DNA of 43,465 nucleotides, taken from NCBI RefSeq assembly GCF_006345805.1, contig NW_021835036.1:1-43465 (forward strand), given 5' to 3'. Below, piece by piece: positions 1 to 12,580 of this stretch; position 1 is the stretch's first letter; every line of letters begins with the position of its first letter. The notes under the pieces are model-generated. The model was not told the origin of the DNA. It saw only the letters and a program-made list of their open reading frames with translations, and did not search any database. Made by a program: the position numbers and the translations under genes. The DNA is from Octopus sinensis. Lineage: Eukaryota.

Positions 1-430
1 CATAATGCGCACGCACATATTCCCCCCTCACATTTGTATGTGTGTAGGGTTGGTCAAGTGAGTGCAAATTTCCTTGAACAGCTTGTTTAATGCAGATGGG
101 AATTAATGCTATGATCATTGTGAGCGATCTGAAAGACGAACACTGAACCTATTTGCAGCAATATCAATCTTGAAGGGGAAATAAAATTGTAATGAGCAAG
201 ATGTATACATTATATATATATAAAATTATATATATATATATATTATATATATATATATAATCATATATAATATATAATATGTATGTATATATGTGTGTGG
301 TGTATGTATGTATGTATACGCGAACACTCACTTTTCTCTAAAATAAATATAATTCTGTAAATGAAAATATATATCACATAATCTATCTACATATCTATCT
401 AACGTTCGCACACACATATACCCCCCCACA

Positions 431-481
<51 letters not shown>

Positions 482-1260
482 TTAACTATGTGTGCTCATT
501 TAACAAGTAACATTGTATGTGATGGTTTTGGATATGTCTCATTAGATATCTACGCAGAAAATGATAAATAAATCTTTAAAATATATATAAATCACAGGCA
601 GAAATAAAGAGATGAAAAATCTGAACACCAACAGGAACTGCGATGAAATAAAAATGTAGGAAAAAGTAAAGTGTGTAAGGCACAATTTAAATAAACTACA
701 TTTAATTCTAGAAGGTTACACTGAAGTCTTTAGAGGACAACTGCTTTCTTCATTACAAATGCGATACCATAAATCATTTGAAATATGTTTCTGAAAATTA
801 AACCAATTTTCACTACGTGGATTTCATTCCCCAATGAAGTCTCAAACAGCTATTTCTAGATATCGTTCCATATGGATGACGTATTATTTTTTGTTAAAAT
901 TTTCCCTTATTCGAAAGAAAAAATGCGTGATTGTTTTTTGATATGTATTTTTGAAAATTTATATATTGTTGCTATTTATTATCGGGGAGAACAGTTAAAT
1001 TGGCATTTTAATAAGATTTACTTAAAAGATGAAAAAGAAACAATGAACGTTAAGATAAAACGAAATGCTCTAGAGAAATTATCTGGCTCCATTGCTGTGA
1101 ACAAGAAAGAGCGATAAAGTAAAGGTAAGGGAGAGAAAGAGAGAGAGAGGGAAGTAAGGAGAGGGACTAAAAGAGAGAATGAAGAGAATTCTGTATACAA
1201 ATAGAGAGCGTAAGTCGAACGTATAGTTCTATCTATCGCTCTACCTTTCTGTCTGTCAAA

Positions 1261-1335
<75 letters not shown>

Positions 1336-1375
1336 TTATCAATCTATCTATCTATCTATCTATCTATTTATCTAT

Positions 1376-1445
<70 letters not shown>
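1261..1445. repeat. (TCTA)n tetranucleotide microsatellite
   Basis: Directly visible run of about 45 slightly interrupted TCTA units. Confidence 0.97.
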
Positions 1446-1642
1446 GTCTGTTTGCCTGTGTGTCGGTTTGTCTAGCTATCTGTCTATATATCTATTATTC
1501 TGTCTCTCATTTTGTCTGTATGTATGTCTGTCTCTCTGTATACGTTTCTTGATGTACATGTATAAATACATATGCATGTTTGTTTGTAGTTGTATACACA
1601 AATGTAAACACGTACATATACACACGCATACACAATTATGTG

Positions 1643-1676
<34 letters not shown>

Positions 1677-1782
1677 AGTAAATATATATATATATTTATA
1701 TACATACATATATGTGTGTATATGTGTATGAATGAATGTATGAATGAGGATATGTGGGGAAATATCACTGGTTGATAGAAAA

Positions 1783-1793
1783 TAGATAGATAT

Positions 1794-1852
<59 letters not shown>

Positions 1853-1875
1853 TGGAAAAATAGATAGAGATATAG
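1783..1875. repeat. (GATA)n microsatellite
   Basis: Directly visible run. Confidence 0.95.
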
Positions 1876-2373
1876 ATAGAGTCACCGATAGAGGGATACG
1901 TAGATTACACGAGGAGGGAGTGGAATGGATTATGTCTAATTAACAAAACACAACTCTTTTCTTCCGGGAAATCAATAATATTGATTACAATCATCGATAT
2001 ATGGTATCGTACGTGATACATTCAGTAGTTACGAGAATGGAAACACACATTGGATAGGACACGTTAAATCTCGAAGACATTGAGAAACTCACGCTCAATC
2101 GTACGCACAGTCATTTACTTATATTTTGCTTACGTATGTAAGCGTAAACTATACTTTTACATATTTCTACGCTTGTGTATTTTTTTAAAATATACAGGCC
2201 TATGTCTGTATGTGCGTTCGTATGTGTGTGTATGTGTATGTGTATGCGTTTGTATTTGTATATATATATACTAGATTAGGCACATAAATGTGAAACAAGG
2301 TGGAAGAAATAGTACTCTAATACAAGAGGTAGAGTAATATGGTTTATTAAAAAGCAGCAAAAGTATCACAAAA

Positions 2374-2413
2374 ATTGTTATTCAGAGTTTCACGTTCCCG
2401 TTCGTCGGGCAGT
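2374..2413 (-). ncRNA. Minimal type I hammerhead ribozyme motif (degenerate), mirror copy
   Basis: Reverse complement reads actgc-CCGACGA-acg[ggaa]cgt-GAAA-ctctga-ATA-acaat. Stem II is perfect; stems I and III are mismatched. Confidence 0.5.
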
Positions 2414-2425
2414 TTTCTAAGCAAC

Positions 2426-2465
2426 ACTGTCCGACGAAAGGGAACGTGAAACTCTGAGTAACTGT
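2426..2465 (+). ncRNA. Minimal type I hammerhead ribozyme motif (degenerate)
   Basis: actgt-CCGACGA-aag[ggaa]cgt-GAAA-ctctga-GTA-actgt. Core has C in place of U4; stem III is palindromic (actc-t-gagt); cleavage triplet GUA. Stems I and II each carry one mismatch in this copy. Confidence 0.6.
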
Positions 2466-2526
2466 TGTGATATTTTTTCTGCGTTTTAGTAAAATGTGTA
2501 TATATATATATATATTTTCTTTTCCT

Positions 2527-2897
2527 CTAGTTTAAGCTCAGAGCTGCGGCCATGCCGATGCACCGCCGTTTTGTGCTACACTGTTATTGCGAAGAACCTC
2601 GTCGAATATGTGACACTTGGTGAAGAATATGTGTGTGGTGTGTGTGTGTGTGTGTGTGTGTGTAAAGTTACTTTAATATGTTGTCCACTGATAAATTTGC
2701 ACCTCTTGCCGTGAGGCAGGTTCATCTGGGACTCTCGACAGGAAGATGTCCAGCTTTGATTTAAAAACCGTTACATCTACTTTGTCCAATTTCCTCAGAC
2801 TCTTTGGGAGAATATTAAAAAGCTGTGGGCCCTTGAAACCCAGGCTGTTGCAGAAGCTGGTCCTGAAGCGTAATGGCATTGCTGGGATCTTTGGCAC
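2527..2897 (-). mobile_element. CR1/L2-type LINE, 3' end fragment (ORF2 C-terminus plus 3' tail), interrupted by (GT)n
   Basis: Translation NSLGFKGPQLFNILPKSLRKLDKVDVTVFKSKLDIFLSRVPDEP fits the post-RT C-terminus of CR1-clade ORF2. Tail ggcggtgcatcggcatggccgcagctctgagcttaaactag lies at 2570-2527. Confidence 0.85.
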
Positions 2898-3853
2898 TAT
2901 ATATATATATATATATACGTCTGTATATATATATATTTATTTCATCTGTATATGTGCATATACATCTATATAGGTCTGTATGCATGTATCCATGAACACA
3001 CACACTCACATACACACAACACACACACACACACACACACACGCACCTATATACCAACATAGTTATACATTTATGTATATCTATCTATCTATCTATCTAA
3101 CTATATTTCCCTGTCTGCCTGTCTGTCTGTCTGTATCGTTCTCAATTTATATATGTATATACATACATGTATATGCGCATACATACATGCGTACACACGC
3201 ACACACACTCACACACAAATATATCTTATGCCTGCATCCCTACATGCATAAATATATTAGTCATATTTCGCTAAGTATTGTGTTATTTTTCTGTCCATGA
3301 TTTCTTTGTAAAATTTCTCACTTTGTAAGTTTAGATAATTTATTACTAAACGGAAACTTTCTTTGGGTTTTCTAGTGATCCAAAGATAGGATTACTTTTT
3401 TATTCGTTATCGTTTCCTCATCAATATATCATTCAGTTTCTGGCCAGAAAGAAACGAAAATAAGAGATGACCTTCTCGTCTCCATAACCACACGGTGAAG
3501 AAATAATAAAGACAAACAAACCAAAGTGGTATTACTCCTCCGGTCTCTTAGCTATTAATTAATTACGTGCTTATGTGAATATATGTATGAGTATAAATGT
3601 CCATGTACATAGATGCGTACATATATTAATCATGCATATACACTCAACTAAATCCCTTAATATATGTGTATATGTATATAACGACATATATATAACAATA
3701 TATACGTATAAATATTTTACACACACATACATACACATTCTTTCACAGACACACACACACACAACACATAAATATATATATATACACATATTTCTAATAT
3801 AAGGATAAAATTATTTCAAACAAATTTATCAGTGGACAACATATTAAAGTAAC

Positions 3854-3937
<84 letters not shown>

Positions 3938-4136
3938 CATAAATATTTATATAAATATAATTAAATATAGTGCGTGTGTGTGTGTAATAAATGATAAATG
4001 CATTAAATACTAAAAAAATAACAGGACAGATACAGAAGAACCGTCGTAATTCTACATCAGTTAACAACCGAATGCTATTACACTGGGAACGTCACATATC
4101 GCCGAAATAACAAATATACAACCCCCATATATATAT

Positions 4137-4185
<49 letters not shown>

Positions 4186-4667
4186 GTGTGTGTGTGTGGT
4201 GGTGTGTGTGTGTGGTGTATGTGGTGTGTGTGGTGTGTGTGTGTGTGTGTGTGTATTTATAATATGAAAACAATTTTATAGTAAACTAAAGGACTTCTCA
4301 ATACTTTTGTAGAATAGGAATTTGATATTCTTCAACATTGACTGGGATTTCGCAATTTCCCTTCCAGTTCTCTGCAGCTACAGGCTTTCTTAATTATATG
4401 AATAGATTGATTGCTTGTCTCTCAATCACTGAGAGTAGAAACACTGATGAGAATGCAATACGTATAGAAAATCCATTAGTGGTGTCTATTATTTTATAAA
4501 TCTTTTAATTACATTCATCATCTTTATATCTCTGACAGATTACATATTGTATATCCGGATAATGTGTGGACTGCGAAATATCTTGAAACGTTCCTGATAT
4601 CAAAATAGAGGGAGAAAAGCTCCTGATATAAAATAAAGTGTTAAACTTATTCGAATTAGCATCCCCA

Positions 4668-4758
4668 TTACTCAGATGCTGCTGATGAATTCATTGAGTA
4701 CATATGTATATAGACTGCTTGCGTATCCGGATTTGTTACGTTGATGTAGTCGCTTCGG
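4668..4758 (-). CDS. Candidate terminal exon (xRSDYINVTNPDTQAVYIHMYSMNSSAASE*), product unknown
   Basis: Acceptor tttttataccttAG at 4760-4759 followed by a 30-codon open frame in non-repetitive sequence. No recognised homology. Confidence 0.2.
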
Positions 4759-4796
4759 CTAAGGTATAAAAACTGTATTTTTAGGTAAGGGCAAGG

Positions 4797-4930
4797 GACC
4801 CTAATTCTTTGTAACCCTAGTTCTCGTTCTATCGGTATCTTTTGCCGAACAGCTAAGTTACGGTCCGCAAACACACCGACATCAGTTGCCAAGCGATGGT
4901 GGTGGGACAAAGAGAGACACAAAGACACAC
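4797..4930 (-). mobile_element. SINE family B, 3' portion
   Basis: ttctatcggtatcttttgccgaacagctaagttacgg...gtggtgggacaaag is the reverse-complement match of the 30865-31050 copy. Confidence 0.75.
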
Positions 4931-4981
4931 CCATAAATATATGCATAAATTTGTGTGTATGTATATATATGTATATATATT

Positions 4982-5071
<90 letters not shown>

Positions 5072-5508
5072 AGAGAAAGGGAGAGATTGATATACATATG
5101 GCTAGGTATAAAATTAAGCATGATTAAAATTACCTCAGCTTGTGTAAATGACAGTGTATACTAATTTAATTGCAGGATGTTCTTTCTTCTCTTTTTCTTT
5201 TTAGCGAAATCAGTTTCCATAAATATTTAGCTAAAATACCAATTATGAATGGAAGATTTTACAAAAGAAGATTTACGACTGTGATTCCTTCGTAAAACTA
5301 ACATTTTAAAATAATTTCATTCATATCGTACATCAAAGTAGTTTTTATTAAGCATTCTTTAATTGTATGAGAATTGTATTTAATCCAGAATGCTCTATTT
5401 GTGTCTTTCGACAAACTCTTTGTATTTATCTGCGGCTGAATACAAAGCTAGTTTTTAGCTGTCATGACATACTGCACAAAGGATTCAGGAAATGAATTAA
5501 TGAGAGGA

Positions 5509-5591
<83 letters not shown>

Positions 5592-5944
5592 ATGTATTTC
5601 TGTAAAGTCAAATATGAGTGTATGTATATGTATGTACGTATACGCCCATACATATATACATAGGATAAAATAGGCAATTATTGTTTTGTAATTTGATGAA
5701 TAGATCCAATTTATTTGGATTATATGCATGTACTTCTGCTTTCTAATATACATATATAATACCCGGAGCAGACGCACAAATAAATTCACACACATACACG
5801 CACATCCAAACACACATATATGAGAGGAAGCAAAACAACATACAAGATCAAAGTGCTTATATGCACTTGAAAACAATAAGGAACAGCATCTAGTTTTGAG
5901 TCTTTATTCATAAATATAGAGATGTATGTAATAGCGAATGAAAC

Positions 5945-5981
5945 AAAATTTAAATCAGGTATCTATTTATCTATCTATCTC

Positions 5982-6080
<99 letters not shown>

Positions 6081-6110
6081 CTATCCATCTATATATCCAT
6101 CTATCTATCT

Positions 6111-6143
<33 letters not shown>

Positions 6144-6161
6144 ATATCTACTATCTATCTA

Positions 6162-6214
<53 letters not shown>

Positions 6215-6258
6215 CACACACACCATATATATATATAAAATTTAAGTCAGGTATATAT

Positions 6259-6348
<90 letters not shown>

Positions 6349-6400
6349 CTATGTCTATCTATCTATCTGTCAATCTACATTCTATCTTTGTGTCTATCTC
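5945..6400. repeat. Compound (TCTA)n/(TA)n tract with a 292-bp local duplication
   Basis: Head aaaatttaa(a/g)tcaggtat(c/a)tatttatctatc occurs at 5945 and 6237, each followed by (TCTA)n. Confidence 0.9.
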
Positions 6401-6531
6401 TTTGCTACAATCTCTGCTGAAAAATTTGTCTGTTTACTGGTTTGTTTGCCTGAGAATCTCTTTCTATGTATGTACATACATGTATGTATGTATGTATATA
6501 TGATCTATCTATCTATCTATCGATATATATA

Positions 6532-6614
<83 letters not shown>

Positions 6615-6623
6615 CTGTGTATG

Positions 6624-6654
<31 letters not shown>

Positions 6655-7249
6655 TGCATCTAGACACATACCTATATATGTATGTAACCACGCGCACTCA
6701 GATATGCGTGTGAGTACATATTTATAGACATGCTAATATCTATAATTTTGCAAAAGTGTATTATTTATCATTGATAGGATACCCTGTTCTATTTCTATAG
6801 ATGTAACTATAATATTACTACGTTTATAAGAGTTCCATTGCGTTTCTCAATTTTTTCCTATGATTTTGATTGTGGTATAAATTATGCAGTGTATGCAAAA
6901 CAAATAACTCACCTAGATATCACCAACAGATTTAAATACAAAGCTGTTGCTATATTATATCACAGAATATATAAGCATTAAACTAGATCCAGTTTCCGTT
7001 GACTTTTCGTTGAAGATTGGCACAGAAGCTAATGAAATAAGCAGCAAATACTGCCAAATAATGAATATAGTCTTTTCGTGCTATATTTGATTACTTTTTT
7101 TTTAATGTCTCCGTGTTCCAAACAATGCCAAATGAATTGGTGATCGGTCAACGGCGTTGGACGGCATAAAGACTCAAACTTTTTGTGGAGGAAAGTAGTG
7201 AAAGCCATATGTATATTGGAAAACTGCAATGCGTTTTAAACGCTCTAAG

Positions 7250-7500
7250 ACGTGACAAGGACATCATAAAACCAAGTTCCCCCAAACAGTAATGTATTTT
7301 GTACGTGTTCCCTGCGAGGATAAAATCATGCCGCCACACATCTCTGAACAGGTCCTAAACCTCCATTCTGACGGGTATATGAAGCTGCTGGAAACTGTGG
7401 TTAAAGCCTGGCTGGAGAAAGTTGGTGCATGAAGATAATATATAGTAGTAGGATTCGTTTCCTATCCATACAATCAGAAAGTGTTAGAAGTGGCAACTTG
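7250..7500 (+). mobile_element. Tc1/mariner (DD37D-like) transposase fragment, decayed
   Basis: Translation ...IMPPHISEQVLNLHSDGYMKLLETVVKAWLEKVGA*R*YI**DSFP parallels VMPPFTFPRGFRLNTEAYIK...GVATRRPYVWQQDSTP of the 12.8-14.1 kb element. Confidence 0.8.
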
Positions 7501-7789
7501 TGAGGGCTTTATGAGGTGGATAGTTGGGTGTGAGGAATTGATGAGTGGTAAAACAAACTTGAAATTACAATGATCGGAGAATCATTGTGTGTGTGTACGT
7601 ATACATATATATATATATATATATACGAGCAAAACGCCCACTATCCAATGGACGGTGCTGAATTGACAAACATTTAAACCAAACTTTCTCAAAACAACTT
7701 GTCCGACCGTCCCATAGGCCTCCCCTTTGAGAAACACTGATTTAACCTAAATTTGTGACACCAGCAAAAGAAGAAATAATGATAAACCT

Positions 7790-7967
7790 TTCTTCTTTTC
7801 CAACGAAAAACGATTTTATTCACTTTATCCAACGCATTCTCACCTAGAATCGATTTTTGTAATTTTTTTAAGACTTATACACGCCCTGATACCGTCGGTG
7901 TCTACATTTGAAATTTGAGGATTCCAGAGATCCTAGAAGACAAACAGAACGGATTTTATATAATAGA
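7790..7967 (-). mobile_element. Possible Helitron-like 5' end
   Basis: Minus strand begins A|TCTATTATATAAAATCCGTTCTGTTTGTCT, resembling the 5'-TC termini of small metazoan Helitrons. No 3' hairpin plus CTRR end was found. Confidence 0.3.
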
Positions 7968-8092
7968 TATGTGTGTGTGTGTGTGTGTGTGTATCACATA
8001 TATACAGAGTGAAACGTGCAGAGAATTTTGCTCTCGTTAGGACCATAAATAGACTCGAGAAAAATGCTATAACAATGATAATAAAAATACTG

Positions 8093-8107
8093 CTGCTGCT
8101 GCTCCTG

Positions 8108-8178
<71 letters not shown>

Positions 8179-8186
8179 ATACTACT
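8093..8186. repeat. (CTG)n/(CTA)n trinucleotide tract
   Basis: Directly visible. Confidence 0.95.
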
Positions 8187-8528
8187 AAAGTTTAACTTGT
8201 AAATTTAAAGGTTTGTAAAAAGAATATTAGCACAATTGTATTCCACCAATACGAAAATAGTCTATTTTTAAGCGATTGCGTTTATAGGATGTTCTAGCAT
8301 ACGTATGAGATCTGGTTTTATTGTTGTTGCATTTTGATACAAGTAAAGATTTTGATGCAATAACAACTGTCTTATCATATAATTTTTATTTAGACAAAAA
8401 AATTTCTAAACCATATTTAAAAAATGAAAATGAAAAACTTACAATATATATATATATATATATGAAGAGAAATATTGCTTTACAATTGTAAGGAAATAGA
8501 AATTATCAAAAGTCTATAACTCAAAGCA

Positions 8529-8608
<80 letters not shown>

Positions 8609-9222
8609 GTGTGTGTGTGTGTGTGTATGTGTGTGTGTGTGTGTATACGTATGTACACACAGGCATACACAGATAAGCATACATCCATATATACAAGTAC
8701 ACACTCAGTCACACACGCTCACACACAAACAAACACACAAACACTCTCTCTCTCACACACACATTCACACGCACACAAGCACAAACACATTCATATATAT
8801 ATCATCGAGATCATCATCTCAATATGAAAATGAATATGGCTGATCTTTTAACGCAAGATATAGATAAATATATATACAATTGCAGACATAAAGAAAAAAA
8901 CCCATTGTATAAAAAGAGAAAGCCACAACAATAAATTACAAATATGATGGCGATTATGAAGATGATGGTCATGACGATAACAGCAGCAACAACAACTACA
9001 ATAATAGTAATAACATTATTAATAATGGTGGTGATAAGGACGATGGTGATGGTGATAACGATAATACCATCTTTTGTTTGAGACGAGGGTCCATACATAC
9101 GTACGATAACGTTGATGATGTTCTAGACCAACCGAGATGGTGCCAACAAGCAACATCTTCACACATTTATCAAAAAAACAATTTCAGTGACGAGAACACT
9201 ATCATTGATAACGATACAAGGG

Positions 9223-9255
<33 letters not shown>

Positions 9256-9263
9256 ATGGTTGC

Positions 9264-9346
<83 letters not shown>

Positions 9347-9357
9347 TAATAATAATA
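9223..9357. repeat. Compound (CTA)n-(GTA)n-(AAT)n microsatellite
   Basis: Directly visible. The (CTA)n and (TAG)n blocks are mutually complementary. Confidence 0.95.
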
Positions 9358-9745
9358 GAGCATGTCCCTTAGTGGCTGACGATATGTGCATCTCTGATCA
9401 CGAGCAGTAGTAGTGGGGGAGCATCATAGCCATGTGTTGAGAGGGATTTTTTGGGGTTTGAATAGTTCACCTCTGGAAACATGGTGTTCTTTCAACATCC
9501 TTAAACAACCCTTATTCAGGACCGTTTGAGCGGGATGGGCTACTCAACCTGAAGAAAATTCTAACTGGGCCCCACCTGCAAGGTCATGTGCTGTTTATCT
9601 TGATATGAGATCACCATGTCGCGCACATAGGTTGTGATGCATGTGCCTGATGTACCTTTATCAGACGGGTAGTCATGATGGGTATATTGGCTTCGTATAT
9701 TTTACCCAGTGTCACTTTGATGGCATGAACTGCTCTCTCACTCAA
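9358..9745 (+). mobile_element. (AAT)n-embedded interspersed repeat, copy 1 (left-truncated)
   Basis: gagcatgtcccttagtggctgacgat...ctctcactcaataat aligns with 9889-10062 and 10405-10800; flanked on both sides by (AAT)n. Strand inferred from variable left truncation. Confidence 0.85.
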
Positions 9746-9751
9746 TAATAA

Positions 9752-9825
<74 letters not shown>

Positions 9826-9828
<3 letters not shown>

Positions 9829-10062
9829 AGCAACTATGCTGCTCAATACCATACATTTGCTTGTCAGCTGTTTGACCGTAAACAGTTGAGCATGTTCCCT
9901 TAGTGGCTGACGAGATGTGCAACTCTGATTACGGGCAGAAGTAGTGGGGGAGCATCATAGCCATGCGTTGAGATGAATTCTTTGGGGTTGGGTTTATTTA
10001 ACTTTAAAACATGGTAGTTTTATTCAACATCCTTAAACGACCTTTATTCAGGGACCTTTTGA
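9826..10062 (+). mobile_element. (AAT)n-embedded interspersed repeat, copy 2 (partial)
   Basis: Same sequence as copies 1 and 3; broken on the right near a minus-strand SINE head. Confidence 0.85.
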
Positions 10063-10089
10063 AAGGTGAATTATTCAATTGAAATGTTG

Positions 10090-10154
10090 CGACAGGCGAA
10101 ATGCCGCTAAGCATCTCCGCCGGCGTACTAACGATTCTGCCAGCTCGCTGCCTT
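10090..10154 (-). mobile_element. tRNA-derived SINE family A, 5' head only
   Basis: Reverse complement aaggcagcgagctggcagaatcgttagtacgccggcggagatgcttagcggcatttcg matches the heads at 11218 and 15591. Confidence 0.85.
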
Positions 10155-10155
10155 G

Positions 10156-10223
<68 letters not shown>

Positions 10224-10256
10224 TACTAATAATAATAATGATAATAATAATAATGA

Positions 10257-10800
10257 TACAGTACCAGGCAGTGGCATTAATGGCTTCCGATCTTAACTGA
10301 TTGGAAGTGTTATCATGTATATTGTTTTGTCTTGGTGTAAAAGATGGGCTACAGTAAATATTCAGCTCTATACCACATTTTTGCTTGTTTAACTTTAACA
10401 AGTTGAGCATACCCCTTAGGGGCTGACGATATGTGCATCTCTAATCACGAGCAGAAGTAGTTGGGGAGCATCATAACGATGTGTTGAGAGGAATTCTTTG
10501 GTGTTTGGATAATTTACCTTTGGAAACAGAGGTGTTCTGTTCATAATCATTAAACAACCATTATTCAGGAACCTTTTGGGCGGGATGGACTAATCGACAT
10601 GAAGAAAATTCTAAATTGGCCCCCAACTTCAAGTTCATGCGCTGTTTACCTTGATATGAGATCACCATGTCGCGCACATATGGTTGTGATGCGTGTGCCT
10701 GGTGTACCCTTATCAGAAGGGTAGTCATGATGGGCATACTGGGCTTCGTATATTTTGTCCCAGTGTCATTTTGATAGCATGCACTTCTCTCTCACTCAAT
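10257..10800 (+). mobile_element. (AAT)n-embedded interspersed repeat, copy 3 (longest, ~545 bp)
   Basis: tacagtaccaggcagtggc...ctctcactcaat, flanked by (AAT)n on both sides. Confidence 0.85.
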
Positions 10801-11217
10801 AATAATAATAATAATAATAACAGCAACAACAAGAATTTCTTGAAAGAAAGAATGATTTCATATTCCATAACACAACAACGATTCGGCGACATGCAAGTCA
10901 ACAACAACAATAAAAAGAAAACCAGCCACGACTATATAACACTAACATTGATATAATTACTTAAAGATAGAAATAAATTTCAAGTGTTTGGGTGGGAGAC
11001 ATTTAAAAATCTGACTTTAGTTTCGGCACGAACATAAAAGAGTAACTTGTATGCGATGAATATGTTGATGATAATGCTGTTGCTACTTGTGCTGGTGATG
11101 ATGTCGATGATGAGGGTCATAATGAGCATTCACAACGCCGGTGAATATGCAGGGACAGTTGCCCACCGATGACCATGTAAAATCTAACACTCGAGAGCAC
11201 TTTGGGGCTTATTGTGA

Positions 11218-11433
11218 AAGGTGGTGAACAGGCAGAAACGTTAGCGCGGCGGGCGAAATTCTTGGCGGTATTTCGTCTGTCTTTACGTTCAAATTCCAAA
11301 TTCCGCCGAGGTCAACTTTGCCTTTCATCCTTTCGGGGTCGATAAATTAAGTACTAGTTGCGTACTGTGGTGAATCTAATCGTCAGCCTTCCTCCCCAAA
11401 ATGTCGGGCCTGGTACCTATCTAGAGTAGAAAA
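11218..11433 (+). mobile_element. tRNA-derived SINE family A
   Basis: A-box-like ggcagaaacgttagc and B-box-like gttcaaattcc, body gaggtcaactttgcctttcatcctttcggggtcgataaattaagtac. Several copies lie in the window. Confidence 0.9.
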
Positions 11434-11653
11434 TAATTTGAGGGTTATTTAGCACTCATTTCTAGTCGGCCGAATGACTATGAAAGAGCTCCCACGCGTC
11501 CACTTTATCGATTCCTTACAACGGGAAGCATGTTCTCTCTTCATCATTCATTATGTTAGGGGGAATATTACATTGCATCTAGCATCTATATACATATGCA
11601 TTTATGTATATAATGTTTACAGTGATATGCGTATGTGTGCGAGTGTATGTATA

Positions 11654-12164
11654 CAGTAAATCCTCGAGTATAATCCGTATTTTTTTCCCAAAACTTAAAG
11701 GTCAAAATCTCTAGTGCGTACTATATACGAGGTTAAAAATTAAAATTATTTTCTGAGCAATGTCCGAGTCTCTATTTGCTGTGCGGCAATGTTTATTCAG
11801 ACGCATTTTGTGATGCCGGGTGCGAAAATATATTAAGCTAACCCTGAAAGCATTGAAGTCAAAAAAGAATCATTCTTAAATTGCAGTAAGCACCATTTAT
11901 GAAACTTTATTACTGTTATTTCTTTATTTTCTGCAAACAAAATGCACAAAAAAGTTACACGTTTGCGTTATGTTCTATGTACAATAATAATAAAGGACGT
12001 TACCGTATATATTTTTACAAACAAAGGACGTTATATAGACCTCCTTGACTCAAGTTAGAGAATGGGTGCGTATTATACACAAGTTTAGGTTTTTCAGAGG
12101 TACAGCCCCTTAAAAATCCCCTGCGTATTATACTCAAGGGCGGAGTATACTCGAGGATTTACGG
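11654..12164. mobile_element. MITE of the Tc1/mariner-pogo type (511 bp)
   Basis: TA|cagtaaatcctcgagtataatccg ... cggagtatactcgaggatttacgg|TA: 24-bp TIRs with 22/24 match, TA duplication, subterminal gcgtattata repeats, no ORF. Confidence 0.9.
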
Positions 12165-12580
12165 TAAATACATATACAGTGACAGTACATCACATTTTAT
12201 AGAACTGTGAATATTAACGTATATTTAAATGTTCTCTCTAAGACTGTAAGTCTGATTGAAATTCCAAACATCCAGTTTACTATCTTTAGTAATTCTGGGT
12301 TAAAAGCCAATTTTACTTAAGGATACCAGCAGTAATAAATATAAGCTAATGCCTACAATTTACTCATCAGAATTTTGCTTGTGGATGAATATTAAAATCT
12401 GAAAATACCTGAACATACATTTGGTACGATCCTGTTTTCAAATCGATTTGAAATTATTGTATTTAGTTTTGCACATAACACATCACCATGTATACTGCAT
12501 AACAGGTTAGTAACTTCATTTAGTAATAGAGCATTAGTTTGTCTGAAATGGAGTTGTTAAAATTCACATCGTAAACTAAG

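Larger units (their letters stand above)
2281..2493. mobile_element. Penelope-like element terminal fragment with inverted (foldback) duplication
   Basis: Arms ~2345-2413 and 2426-~2493 are imperfect reverse complements around a 12-nt spacer, and each carries a minimal hammerhead motif. The reverse complement of 2281-2385 matches 40828-40925. Minimal hammerheads and inverted termini are established traits of Penelope-like elements; no RT or GIY-YIG coding sequence is present here. Confidence 0.6.

Noticed and set aside
4446-4490. CTGATGA...GAAA hammerhead core
   Set aside because: Stems II and III do not pair; chance match.
7720-7739. hAT-like TIR (CAGTGTTTCTCAAA on the minus strand)
   Set aside because: No partner TIR or 8-bp TSD could be found.
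9358-9505. HDV-like nested pseudoknot (with ACUAA before GGGACAUG) on the minus strand of the (AAT)n element
   Set aside because: P1, P3/L3 and P1.1 are non-canonical, pairings are poorly kept in copy 3, and it lies on the probable antisense strand. A covariance model of the family would be needed.
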